Part shown: in pieces, positions 1-7,513 of the stretch
Layout: each line of letters begins with the position of its first letter
Numbering within the stretch: position 1 is the first letter of the stretch
Virus record (IMG/VR): IMGVR_UViG_3300017992_000015
Coordinates: 1 to 21,366 of that record
From: a virus
Lineage: Duplodnaviria; Heunggongvirae; Uroviricota; Caudoviricetes
Length of the DNA stretch: 21,366 nt
Strand: one strand, 5' to 3'
Program-made: the position numbers and the translations under genes
Notes under the pieces: model-generated
What the model saw: only the letters and a program-made list of their open reading frames with translations
Told to the model about the DNA's origin: nothing
Database searches by the model: none

Positions 1-266
1 AGCTGCTTGGCCAGCTGGACCTCGCCGAGAGATGGTACGCTGGTCCAAATTACGTTATTTAGCGTGCGTACCCAGTGACGGTAAGGATGCGTTTTGTTCG
101 ACAGAACTCGGTTGTCCCAGCTCCCCGAGACCTCGCGGCGACACACGTCGCGTGCCAGCATCGACACAGGGATGCCTTGGTTCGTGGCTGTCTCAGCCAG
201 CATGATGGTTGCCTGGGTCGTTTCGTGCTGGTAGTAACGGCCGTAAAGCCCTAGCCGCTCAGCCAT
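1..266 (-). CDS. Hypothetical protein, runs off the window start (not in the ORF track)
   Basis: Manual translation from ATG at 266: MAERLGLYGRYYQHETTQATIMLAETATNQGIPVSMLARDVCRREVSGSWDNRVLSNKTHPYRHWVRTLNNVIWTSVPSLGEVQLAKQ..., no stop to position 1. SD GAGGAG 8 nt upstream. Confidence 0.7.
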   Translation of the reverse strand, partial: MAERLGLYGRYYQHETTQATIMLAETATNQGIPVSMLARDVCRREVSGSWDNRVLSNKTHPYRHWVRTLNNVIWTSVPSLGEVQLAKQ

Positions 267-283
267 ATTGCTGCTCCTCGCTG

Positions 284-313
284 TTGCCAAACCAGCAGGA
301 ATTATCGTAAAAT
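284..313 (+). promoter_or_regulatory. Putative sigma70/sigmaA-type promoter for the EndoVII gene
   Basis: TTGCCA (284-289), 18-nt spacer, TAAAAT (308-313); about 65 nt upstream of the ATG at 378. Confidence 0.5.
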
Positions 314-330
314 GGCGAACCGAGGGTCAA
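301..330 (-). promoter_or_regulatory. Putative sigma70/sigmaA-type promoter for the minus-strand gene starting at 266
   Basis: Minus strand TTGACC (330-325), 18-nt spacer, GATAAT (306-301); overlaps the divergent plus-strand promoter. Confidence 0.45.
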
Positions 331-359
331 GATGGGCTTGCCCTCAGTTCTAACCAGTC

Positions 360-375
360 TACCCATAGAGGGGTA
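360..375 (+). promoter_or_regulatory. Small hairpin covering the SD of the EndoVII gene
   Basis: TACCC-ATAGAG-GGGTA; the SD-like AGAGGGG lies in the loop and 3' arm, and the hairpin ends 2 nt before the ATG. Confidence 0.35.
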
Positions 376-377
376 TC

Positions 378-890
378 ATGGCTGAGAAACAGTGTACCAA
401 ATGCGGTGAGACCAAGCCAGTCGAGGCGTTCTCACGCGCCTCCCAAAAACGCCATGGCCGAGACTCCCACTGTAAACAATGCAGGGCGGATTACCAACGA
501 GAGTATCGCCGTAAGAATCCGCAGCGAAATAGAGACTCAAGCAAACGCTGGCGCGATGCCAACAAGGCACGCTATCAAAAGCACAACCGTAAACAGGGAC
601 TCAAAAAGTACGGTCTTGATCAGGAAGCGTTCGATAAGTTGCTGCGGGAGCAAGATGGTCGCTGCGCCATCTGCCGTAAAGCCAGCGATAGGACGCTCCA
701 TGTCGACCATGACCATGTAACAGGTAAAGTGCGTGGCCTGCTGTGCACACGCTGCAATCCTGGTCTGGGATATTTTCAAGACGACCCGGCACTGTGCCGA
801 GCCGCTGCCGATTACCTCGAAGCTACATCATCCCACCACCCGGCCCCATCGGCGGGGGTGGAGCCATGCTCTGCTGTTGCATCTGCATAG
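378..890 (+). CDS. Endonuclease VII-family (His-Me finger/HNH) nuclease, probably a free-standing homing endonuclease
   Basis: N-terminal CTKC...CKQC Zn finger; KYGL...QDGRCAIC...LHVDHDHVTGKVRGLLCTRCNPGLG...AADYL matches the EndoVII signature. SD present. Only plus-strand gene in the window. Confidence 0.9.
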   Translation: MAEKQCTKCGETKPVEAFSRASQKRHGRDSHCKQCRADYQREYRRKNPQRNRDSSKRWRDANKARYQKHNRKQGLKKYGLDQEAFDKLLREQDGRCAICRKASDRTLHVDHDHVTGKVRGLLCTRCNPGLGYFQDDPALCRAAADYLEATSSHHPAPSAGVEPCSAVASA

Positions 891-2820
891 CTTGCTCTTG
901 GCCCATCATGCGGCCTTGGGACTCAGCCTGCGAGTCTTTCTGTTCGAGAAGGCTCTTGACCAGGCTGTGAATGGTGGGCGACGCCTGCTTGAGTTGTCGC
1001 AGCGCGGATACACGTTGCCCGCCGGGCAGTCCGTAGATCTGCTCGGCAACCGTGTTGGCGATCTGCTCCAGCTCTGGCGGCGTGAGGCTTTGCTCATTGC
1101 CCAGAGGTATTTGTGCCATGATGGCCTGAATCGGGTCCATCGGCGCCATTCCGGCTTCTGCGCCTGGAGGAGGCATAGCGCCACCCGGTGCGCCGCCGGC
1201 CGGAGGTGCACCGCCTTGCGGAGGTGCGGAACCACCAGGGCCACCCATGCCTGCCGCAGCAGGATCGGTCGGTTGGCCTCCGGGGCCCATCATGCCTTGC
1301 GCCATTGCATCGCCCATGCCCGAGGCTTCCAGCTCCTCTTGTGTCTTCTGCGATTCCTCGGCGATGAACTTCTGCTCGTCGAGCATGCGGCGCTGCTCGT
1401 CCTCGAACTTGAGGCCGACGCTCTTGAGGCCAGTCGTCTGGCTGATCGACTGTCCCATCATGAGCTGGAGCTTGGCCAGCTGACGGTTCAGATCGTCCGC
1501 GTGCGACGGCTTGGCCAGGGTGGCCGTAACCTCGTCCCAGGACAGCGCCACGCTGATTTTGTTGACCAGCCACTGGAGGTAGTTGTTCAGCATCGTCGTC
1601 AGGTGGCTCCAGGTGCTCTCCAGGAGCCGCAGCGCGGCCGGGGCAGCCTGGAGACTCATCGTACCCTTGTAGAGCTCCACAGGGACGCCTACGGACGTCA
1701 GGAGGCCATCCACGGCCTGGTCCATGAGCTGATACGGGGCCAACTGGCTAGCTTCCCCCCCGAGAGTCTGGTATTTCAGCGGGAACGGCATGGTGAACCA
1801 CATGGTCGGGTCACGCCGCCGTTGGCGCAGCATCGAGTTGACTTGGCCTACGAAGCCGCCGAGGTCAGCGGTGAACAGCGGGTCCGTTGACTCACCACCA
1901 CCGCCGGCCCCGCCCGGACGCGGCTCGGGCGTAATCACCCTGAATGGGATGATGTAGTCGAGGCCGATCGCCTCGTTGTAGCGGTGAAGCACTTGGACGT
2001 ACCACGCCTGCCGGAAGTTCGTCAGGATACGGCTGACGCCCCAGCCCTTGTTCAGCACGCCAGCCAGGGTATCTTCCTTGCCGTGGTAGATGATGTCCTT
2101 GTTGAACTGGATATGCGTGTTGTTCTTGATCGCCTGCAGGACCTCCCACGGCGCACGCTCCAGATGGAACAAGGTTCCTTGGTTGATGTACTTCTTGTAG
2201 TGATTCGGGATGCGCCACACGTGCCCGACTTGGTCGGTGTACGGGTCCCAGACGAGTTCCATCTCGTGCGGGCTCCAGCGCTTGATGATGATGTCGTCTT
2301 CCTCGGTCGATCGCCTGTCCTTGTGCGCCCACTTGCCGTGGTAGCTGCAGAAGGGGCAGTTGGCGTTGAACTCGAAGCCGCTCCACGAGAAGTTGAACTT
2401 GTCGTTGCCGTGGATCCGGTCGAGAGGCGCCTCGAAGCCGCAGCCTGGGCAGCGCAGGTGCCGTCTGAATGGCACAACCAGCGAGTTGAAGAAGTTCCCG
2501 TAGGTGACGTAGTCGAGCGCCGTCTGCCGAAGGATCGAGTTGATGCCCAGCGTGTTGTTCAGGAAGTCAAGGTACTTCTCCTTGCCGTCCCGATCGGTCC
2601 CATCGATCTCCACCTCGGTAATGAAGTACGAGACCACTCGGTCCACCGCCGATCGGTAGATGCCGTTGGCCAGCATGATGTACTCGCACCACCGGAGAGC
2701 ATTCTCCAGGGACTCGGGCATACGCGTCGACGCGTAGTCGCAGAAGGGGTCGGGGAAGGGCTCGATGTTCTGCGAACCCCGATTGGTCCCGCCAGCAAAC
2801 GATGGGATGAGGAAGCTCAT
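823..2820 (-). CDS. Probable phage portal protein with Zn-ribbon insertion and low-complexity C-terminal extension
   Basis: 665 aa. Portal-like segments IYRSAVDRVVSYF, LDYVTYGNFF, IIYH...GWGVSRIL and a helical C-terminal half; SD AAGGA upstream. Fold assignment is by motif resemblance only. Confidence 0.7.
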   Translation of the reverse strand: MSFLIPSFAGGTNRGSQNIEPFPDPFCDYASTRMPESLENALRWCEYIMLANGIYRSAVDRVVSYFITEVEIDGTDRDGKEKYLDFLNNTLGINSILRQTALDYVTYGNFFNSLVVPFRRHLRCPGCGFEAPLDRIHGNDKFNFSWSGFEFNANCPFCSYHGKWAHKDRRSTEEDDIIIKRWSPHEMELVWDPYTDQVGHVWRIPNHYKKYINQGTLFHLERAPWEVLQAIKNNTHIQFNKDIIYHGKEDTLAGVLNKGWGVSRILTNFRQAWYVQVLHRYNEAIGLDYIIPFRVITPEPRPGGAGGGGESTDPLFTADLGGFVGQVNSMLRQRRRDPTMWFTMPFPLKYQTLGGEASQLAPYQLMDQAVDGLLTSVGVPVELYKGTMSLQAAPAALRLLESTWSHLTTMLNNYLQWLVNKISVALSWDEVTATLAKPSHADDLNRQLAKLQLMMGQSISQTTGLKSVGLKFEDEQRRMLDEQKFIAEESQKTQEELEASGMGDAMAQGMMGPGGQPTDPAAAGMGGPGGSAPPQGGAPPAGGAPGGAMPPPGAEAGMAPMDPIQAIMAQIPLGNEQSLTPPELEQIANTVAEQIYGLPGGQRVSALRQLKQASPTIHSLVKSLLEQKDSQAESQGRMMGQEQAMQMQQQSMAPPPPMGPGGGMM

Positions 2821-2834
2821 GATCCGTCCTTGGA

Positions 2835-3011
2835 TTATTTGGAGCGCTTGGCCACACCGTCAGCGAGACGCCCGTTGGGGTCGTCCTGCTCAAGCCGGCG
2901 GGCTGCCTGTTTGAGAGTCTCGGCTGCAGCATCGGCCGCGGTCTTCTCTTGCTTCTCCTCGATCTCCGGGGTCGTGCCCCGGCGAACCACTCCCTGTTTT
3001 TCCATGCTCAT
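2835..3011 (-). CDS. Small hypothetical protein (58 aa), possibly head-associated
   Basis: MSMEKQGVVRRG...EKTAADAAAETLKQAARR...; SD GGGGAG 6 nt before ATG 3011; ends 14 nt before the portal start. The track ORF's extension to 3221 overlaps the next gene and is unlikely. Confidence 0.6.
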   Translation of the reverse strand: MSMEKQGVVRRGTTPEIEEKQEKTAADAAAETLKQAARRLEQDDPNGRLADGVAKRSK

Positions 3012-3105
3012 CGGAATCTCCCCATAGGGCAATGATCTGTGCCATCTGTTGCTTATTGACGTAGATATCCACCATCTTACCCCTTGGCTGCCAGTACTGC
3101 TACGC

Positions 3106-4299
3106 CTATTGCAATCCCACGATATTGTGTTGCCCGCCGGCAACCGCAGCCTGAGGCGTGCTGTCAACGACAGCGCCAGGCAACGGGCGCTCGCGTTTGA
3201 TGAGAAAGATTTGCAGCTCATCGTGCCCGTGAACGAACTTGATTGCGGGGTCCGTCACGTCGTAGACCATGTCGCTGCCGTCGAGATGGATGGCGATATC
3301 TTCCTCGGTGGGCATGAGGTTGATCCGGGGATAACCGTGGGTGCGCGTGTCATAGCACATCACGAGCACCTGGTTGTCCTTGACGATCTCGTGGTACCAC
3401 GCTTCGATAGCCGCGGGCGCGCCGCGGACCTCGAACGTGACCTTGTAGCTGGGCGCAGAGGGTCCAGCGGCAGCCGGTGTCTCGCCGGTAGGGCCGCACG
3501 GGCCGAACAACGACGGGGCAGGCATGGGTGCGCCTACCGGAGCCACAGGGGCTGCCGGAGCGGCCGGGGCCGGTTGCGGTGGCGCAGCGTACACAGCCTG
3601 CTGCGGCTGTGGCTGCGGGGGACCTTGCGGCACGGGCGGCGGAGACTGCGGAGGCGGCGCAGGGGCCTGCGGGACGGTTGCGGGCTCCTGGGGCTGCTTC
3701 GCAGATGGTTGATCGTTGCGGCCTGTGGCCACGCCCTGGGCGAGGTCATAACCGCTGACGATGTCGTTCACATGCTCGTTGGCTGTGGGCACTTCTTGTC
3801 CTCCTCCTTCGGTGGCCTTGGGCACGACATAGACGCCAGGCAAAGCAATCGGTGCCTCTCGAGGACGCTCACGTGCGGTCATGGCCGGGGTATCTGGAAC
3901 GTTGCTGATGGCGAACTGCTGATAGGCTCTCGCACCGGCGAAGCGCAGGTCCTCTACCGTCGAAGCGTGCCGCACACCGGCATCTTTGACGGCCTTGAGG
4001 GCTGCATCCTTCTGGATCTGCCTGGGGTCGATCACGAAGCCTTGCCCGGGGATGTCTGGATCGACATTCACCCGGGTGGCGACTTCGAAAGGATCCCATC
4101 CGATCGGTGCTCCATCCATCGTAGAACGCCTGATGACAGTGCCCTGTGCCCCCCAAACGCCGGGCGGCAGCACACTCGCCATCGATTGTTTGCTTATCGG
4201 CAGTATCTCTTCTGCCGGATTATGGTACTGCGAGGGATCCAGTTGGGAATCCATTACGGCGTTCCCGCGGTCCCAAAACGAGTCTTTTTCTAGTGGCAT
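3106..4299 (-). CDS. Hypothetical two-domain protein with a Pro/Gln/Ala-rich linker
   Basis: 397 aa, SD GGAGG/AAAGGA upstream. Globular-looking N- and C-terminal parts are separated by about 90 aa of PQA-rich sequence. Confidence 0.85.
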   Translation of the reverse strand: MPLEKDSFWDRGNAVMDSQLDPSQYHNPAEEILPISKQSMASVLPPGVWGAQGTVIRRSTMDGAPIGWDPFEVATRVNVDPDIPGQGFVIDPRQIQKDAALKAVKDAGVRHASTVEDLRFAGARAYQQFAISNVPDTPAMTARERPREAPIALPGVYVVPKATEGGGQEVPTANEHVNDIVSGYDLAQGVATGRNDQPSAKQPQEPATVPQAPAPPPQSPPPVPQGPPQPQPQQAVYAAPPQPAPAAPAAPVAPVGAPMPAPSLFGPCGPTGETPAAAGPSAPSYKVTFEVRGAPAAIEAWYHEIVKDNQVLVMCYDTRTHGYPRINLMPTEEDIAIHLDGSDMVYDVTDPAIKFVHGHDELQIFLIKRERPLPGAVVDSTPQAAVAGGQHNIVGLQ

Positions 4300-4322
4300 G
4301 GCATCCTTTCCTCCGGCCCATC

Positions 4323-4351
4323 AGTCTATCCTCAGACTGTTTTGCCGCCAA
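4323..4351 (-). promoter_or_regulatory. Putative sigma70-type promoter with overlapping inverted repeat (candidate operator)
   Basis: Minus strand TTGGCG-N17-TAGACT, immediately downstream of a terminator. CAGTCT-N6-AGACTG (4322-4339) overlaps the spacer and -10. Confidence 0.5.
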
Positions 4352-4356
4352 TAGCT

Positions 4357-4393
4357 AAAAAAATCCCTGGGCCGTGACGGAACGACCCAGGGA
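4357..4393 (-). terminator. Intrinsic terminator
   Basis: Minus strand TCCCTGGGTCGT-TCCGTC-ACGGCCCAGGGA (12-bp stem with one G-U) followed by T7. Confidence 0.75.
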
Positions 4394-4421
4394 CAAGTTT
4401 ACCCTTTTTTTCTCCTTGATA

Positions 4422-4568
4422 CTAGACCTCGACGAGGTCGGCCGCCACCGGTTCCTCATCGCGTGCTTTGTGGATTGTCCACTCTGTCTCGGCCTCCTGG
4501 AGGGCCGAAGGTTCAACAATCTCAATCAACGCCTGTATGGCGTCGTCGACCAATTGGTCGTCGTCCAT
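4422..4568 (-). CDS. Small acidic hypothetical protein (48 aa, not in the ORF track)
   Basis: MDDDQLVDDAIQALIEIVEPSALQEAETEWTIHKARDEEPVAADLVEV*; SD GGAG 7 nt upstream; fills the gap between the upstream stop and the terminator. Confidence 0.6.
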   Translation of the reverse strand: MDDDQLVDDAIQALIEIVEPSALQEAETEWTIHKARDEEPVAADLVEV

Positions 4569-4572
4569 GGGT

Positions 4573-4842
4573 CTACTCCAAAGTCGTGTGGTCATCGAAT
4601 TCTGCCTTGGGTACGCGGCAGAACCACAATCTCCCTATACAGCAGGCGTAGAGCATCGCCTGCCTGCTCTGCGGGACTCCGAGCTCATCCTCGGCTGTGA
4701 GATATACCGCCAGATAATTCGGGAAGTCATCTGGCCACAGGGGAAACAGCCTAGGTGCGTCGCATTCATCGAGTCCCTCAAGCCACACCGACAGATCTTC
4801 ATCTCCGGTGTACAGCGGCCTCAAGATTTCTTCGGCTGGCAT
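4573..4842 (-). CDS. Hypothetical protein (89 aa)
   Basis: SD GAGAGG 8 nt upstream; fits the minus-strand gene tiling. Confidence 0.7.
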   Translation of the reverse strand: MPAEEILRPLYTGDEDLSVWLEGLDECDAPRLFPLWPDDFPNYLAVYLTAEDELGVPQSRQAMLYACCIGRLWFCRVPKAEFDDHTTLE

Positions 4843-6386
4843 TGGTTGAACCTCTCGTTCACGTCTTCGTGCGAGATGGCAAAGCTGACCCCGTTGGAGA
4901 CGCCCTGCATATCTTCGGCGAAGAGCCTTTTTCGATTGAAGTTCACCACCATCGGAACAAATCGGACGCTGGTCTTGCGGAAGAAGTCGGCTTTCGGCAT
5001 GTCGGCTGGTTCTTCGCCGACGAGCCGGTAGCGGATGTAATCCTCAGAGCCGGCCGCTCCCGCATCCTTTTGAATTTCGTCTAGTTCGTCTACCATCTTG
5101 CCGTGGAGGGTAGAAATGCCACACGCGTCGATGAGCGGCGTGAGGTCCTCCACTTCGGGCAGAGCTGCCGCGTGCTTACGCAGCACAGGAATGTCGAACC
5201 GAGATGCCAGATACTCGGAGCCGACGGCGACACCGGACACGCCAGTGAGTTCAACACGGACCTCAGGCGGGACGTGGTCAGGTATACCCGTTTCCGAGAA
5301 CACCATGTACCCGCGCGGGAAGACGAACTTCCCGAGTTCCGCGAAGCACGCCTGCGCTTGGCGGCGACGCTGTAGATGGTAAAGGAACGCTTCCTGTTCG
5401 TCCCCTGCGAGCGACGGATCGTCAAGCAAGGCGAACTTGGAATTGTCATGGCGCGCTGCGATCTCGTCCAAGGTCTGGTTTTCCTTGTAGACGATCGTTT
5501 GTGCGAGCAGCGCCCTTACGCTGGCCAGGGTAGCGACCATGATGTTCTTGTTCTCAAGGTCGAGGCGTGCACCGTGCGCCTTACTAAACTGGTCAGTGCT
5601 TATGCCGGCGGATTGCCGACTGGCCTTCAGCTTCTTTTCGAGGTTCTTGCAGGTCCGGTTGATGTTCTGCAGCTCGCCTTTCGGTGGATTGCCATTTGGC
5701 ATCATCTTGCGGCGTTTGGCCGCGACGATTGCAGACACCTCTTGGAGCCCGGGCGTGAGCCACAGGTCCTTGGACCACTTGTTGCCTTCCTTGCCGCCGA
5801 GCTTCCAGCCCTGGTCGGTGAACCGCAACAAGTACCCCCTGCTGAAAATCCTATCGCCCAGTACGTGCGTGACCACATAGTGAGTCTTGCTCACGTGGTC
5901 AGCTGGGCGCCCCAATCTCACGCTACCGCATGGCGGCATCGGGACCATCGATACCAGTCCCAGAAGCTCCCGCCGCAGCCGCCCAACGCCGATCCTCACG
6001 AGGACGATCCAGCGACAGAGGGTCTGCAGCGGTAGTGCCAACGAGACGGCTTGCTTGGCGACCACTTCCTCAAGCTCGAGAGCGTTGAGGACTGGTTCGT
6101 CGGAGCTAACCCTGTCCACGTCAACCTTCTGGGCCCACAGGCGCAAGGCCTGAATCAGCTGAGAACCACTACGGCCGTTGAAAAGCTTCTTCGACCAAGC
6201 CGTTCCCTTTTTGTAGTCCTGAAACAGCTGCTCCGCCAACTCGATGGTGTCGGTAGCCAGATTAGCCGTTTGTGGCTCATCTGCTGTTTCACGGACTTTG
6301 GTAGTGACCTCGCGGCCACCCATTTTCAATTGTTGGAACTCATCCAAAGCTGTACTCCGAGTGGAGAAGTAGAAATGCTTACGCAT
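4821..6386 (-). CDS. Hypothetical protein (521 aa)
   Basis: Long ORF coupled to the upstream gene (8-nt overlap); no motif recognised. Confidence 0.85.
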   Translation of the reverse strand: MRKHFYFSTRSTALDEFQQLKMGGREVTTKVRETADEPQTANLATDTIELAEQLFQDYKKGTAWSKKLFNGRSGSQLIQALRLWAQKVDVDRVSSDEPVLNALELEEVVAKQAVSLALPLQTLCRWIVLVRIGVGRLRRELLGLVSMVPMPPCGSVRLGRPADHVSKTHYVVTHVLGDRIFSRGYLLRFTDQGWKLGGKEGNKWSKDLWLTPGLQEVSAIVAAKRRKMMPNGNPPKGELQNINRTCKNLEKKLKASRQSAGISTDQFSKAHGARLDLENKNIMVATLASVRALLAQTIVYKENQTLDEIAARHDNSKFALLDDPSLAGDEQEAFLYHLQRRRQAQACFAELGKFVFPRGYMVFSETGIPDHVPPEVRVELTGVSGVAVGSEYLASRFDIPVLRKHAAALPEVEDLTPLIDACGISTLHGKMVDELDEIQKDAGAAGSEDYIRYRLVGEEPADMPKADFFRKTSVRFVPMVVNFNRKRLFAEDMQGVSNGVSFAISHEDVNERFNQCQPKKS

Positions 6387-6612
6387 GCTGTAATGGCCGC
6401 CCTAAAGCGGCCTGAGCTGCTTTGAGCTCATCTAGTTCGTCCTGGGTCAGATCCTCGTACGGCCTGCGTTTGCCAGCAGTATGGTCCATCAGGTCTGACC
6501 CCTTAAAGGGACCTTTGTACACAACACGCAGTAGCTTCGTTCCCTCCACCCATCGCACGTTGATCGCGCCATGTTGCGGACCACGTGGTCTGTGGGGAGA
6601 TAACTTGAACAT
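6379..6612 (-). CDS. Hypothetical protein (77 aa)
   Basis: Strong SD GGAGGAG 4 nt before the ATG. Confidence 0.75.
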   Translation of the reverse strand: MFKLSPHRPRGPQHGAINVRWVEGTKLLRVVYKGPFKGSDLMDHTAGKRRPYEDLTQDELDELKAAQAALGRPLQHA

Positions 6613-6629
6613 GCGTCTCCTCCTTCTGC

Positions 6630-6660
6630 AAAAGGAAAACGCCAGCAGATATGCTGGCGT
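6630..6660 (-). terminator. Hairpin with T-rich tail (terminator, attenuator or processing stem)
   Basis: ACGCCAGCA-TATC-TGCTGGCGT, a perfect 9-bp stem, followed by TTTCCTTTT on the minus strand. Confidence 0.5.
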
Positions 6661-6696
6661 CTACCTTATAATGCCTTGTTATGTTAGTCAGATTGA

Positions 6697-7194
6697 CTAG
6701 CCCGACTCGGGCGGCCCCGGAACGACTTCAACGTCGCCGTCCGGTTCATCATCTTCGGTCTCCGGCTCGTCCGGCGGGGACGGTACGACCGTGTCGAAGT
6801 CGATGGGTTCTCGCAGGCTGCCTGTCTGATCGACGCGCATGTCGATGTTCTCGCTGGTCACCGGAATCATCCGCTCACCAGCGCAGACGTACCAGACGCG
6901 CCCCTTCTGAATAGGCCACTGCTGTCCAACGAAGATATGCATGTAGCGCTCATTCTCGGGATCGGCGTTCTGGGCCACGCGAGCCTCCATGATGGCGTCA
7001 CACAGCGCCTGCTCGTTCTGCACGGTGCTGATGTTCGGCCGGTCGCCTACGACGCCGTAGACGATGTAGATAGTTTGCTGCGGACGTTCCGGCGGATCGG
7101 CAGCCTGTAGGAAAGCACTGCCAAGGCGCCGCATGATCTCCGCGAGCTGTTCGTCAGTCAGGCCCTCTTCTTCGGGCGGGGTATCAGCTGCCAT
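6697..7194 (-). CDS. Hypothetical protein with acidic tail (165 aa)
   Basis: SD AAGGAG 7 nt upstream. Confidence 0.8.
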   Translation of the reverse strand: MAADTPPEEEGLTDEQLAEIMRRLGSAFLQAADPPERPQQTIYIVYGVVGDRPNISTVQNEQALCDAIMEARVAQNADPENERYMHIFVGQQWPIQKGRVWYVCAGERMIPVTSENIDMRVDQTGSLREPIDFDTVVPSPPDEPETEDDEPDGDVEVVPGPPESG

Positions 7195-7513
7195 TCGTTG
7201 GCTCCTTAGGTGCTGACTTCTTCGGTTCCTTCTTGTCGAAGTGCGGTTCGATCGGCTTGGGCACCTTGCCAGCGGACTCAGCAGTCAGCTTGCCGGTGGT
7301 GGCCGAGACCCGAATCGTCTGGTCGACGGTGAGGCCCTTTTTGCCAGCGTTAGTAGAACGTAGTAATGCTTGCGAGTGCATGCCCTTGTAGAAATGCGGC
7401 TCGAGCACGATCATCGCCCCTGGGGGCGTGTTGTCGCAGATCGGTTTGCCATCACCGTCCACCAAGGTCCAGTTTCCCTCGATTTTGCTGGGCAGCTCGA
7501 TGTAGAGCTTCAT
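7184..7513 (-). CDS. Hypothetical protein (109 aa)
   Basis: SD GGAG upstream; Lys/Pro-rich C-terminus. Confidence 0.75.
   Translation of the reverse strand: MKLYIELPSKIEGNWTLVDGDGKPICDNTPPGAMIVLEPHFYKGMHSQALLRSTNAGKKGLTVDQTIRVSATTGKLTAESAGKVPKPIEPHFDKKEPKKSAPKEPTNGS

Noticed and set aside
1-266. Calling the truncated first gene a GT-B glycosyltransferase
   Set aside because: Only a vague beta-alpha N-terminal resemblance over 88 residues; no diagnostic motif within the window.
2890-3075. 61-aa minus-strand ORF (MVDIYVNKQQ...) with a weak AAGGG upstream
   Set aside because: Two thirds of it overlaps the better-supported 2835..3011 gene in another frame and becomes low-information sequence there; it cannot be fully excluded.
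733-4293. Long plus-strand ORFs (733..1890, 1984..3027, 3049..4293), and similar ones at 10294..11091 and 16597..17643
   Set aside because: Antisense shadows of real minus-strand genes, as expected in high-GC DNA. They lack SD sites and have the Leu/Val/Arg/His-skewed composition of reverse-frame translations.
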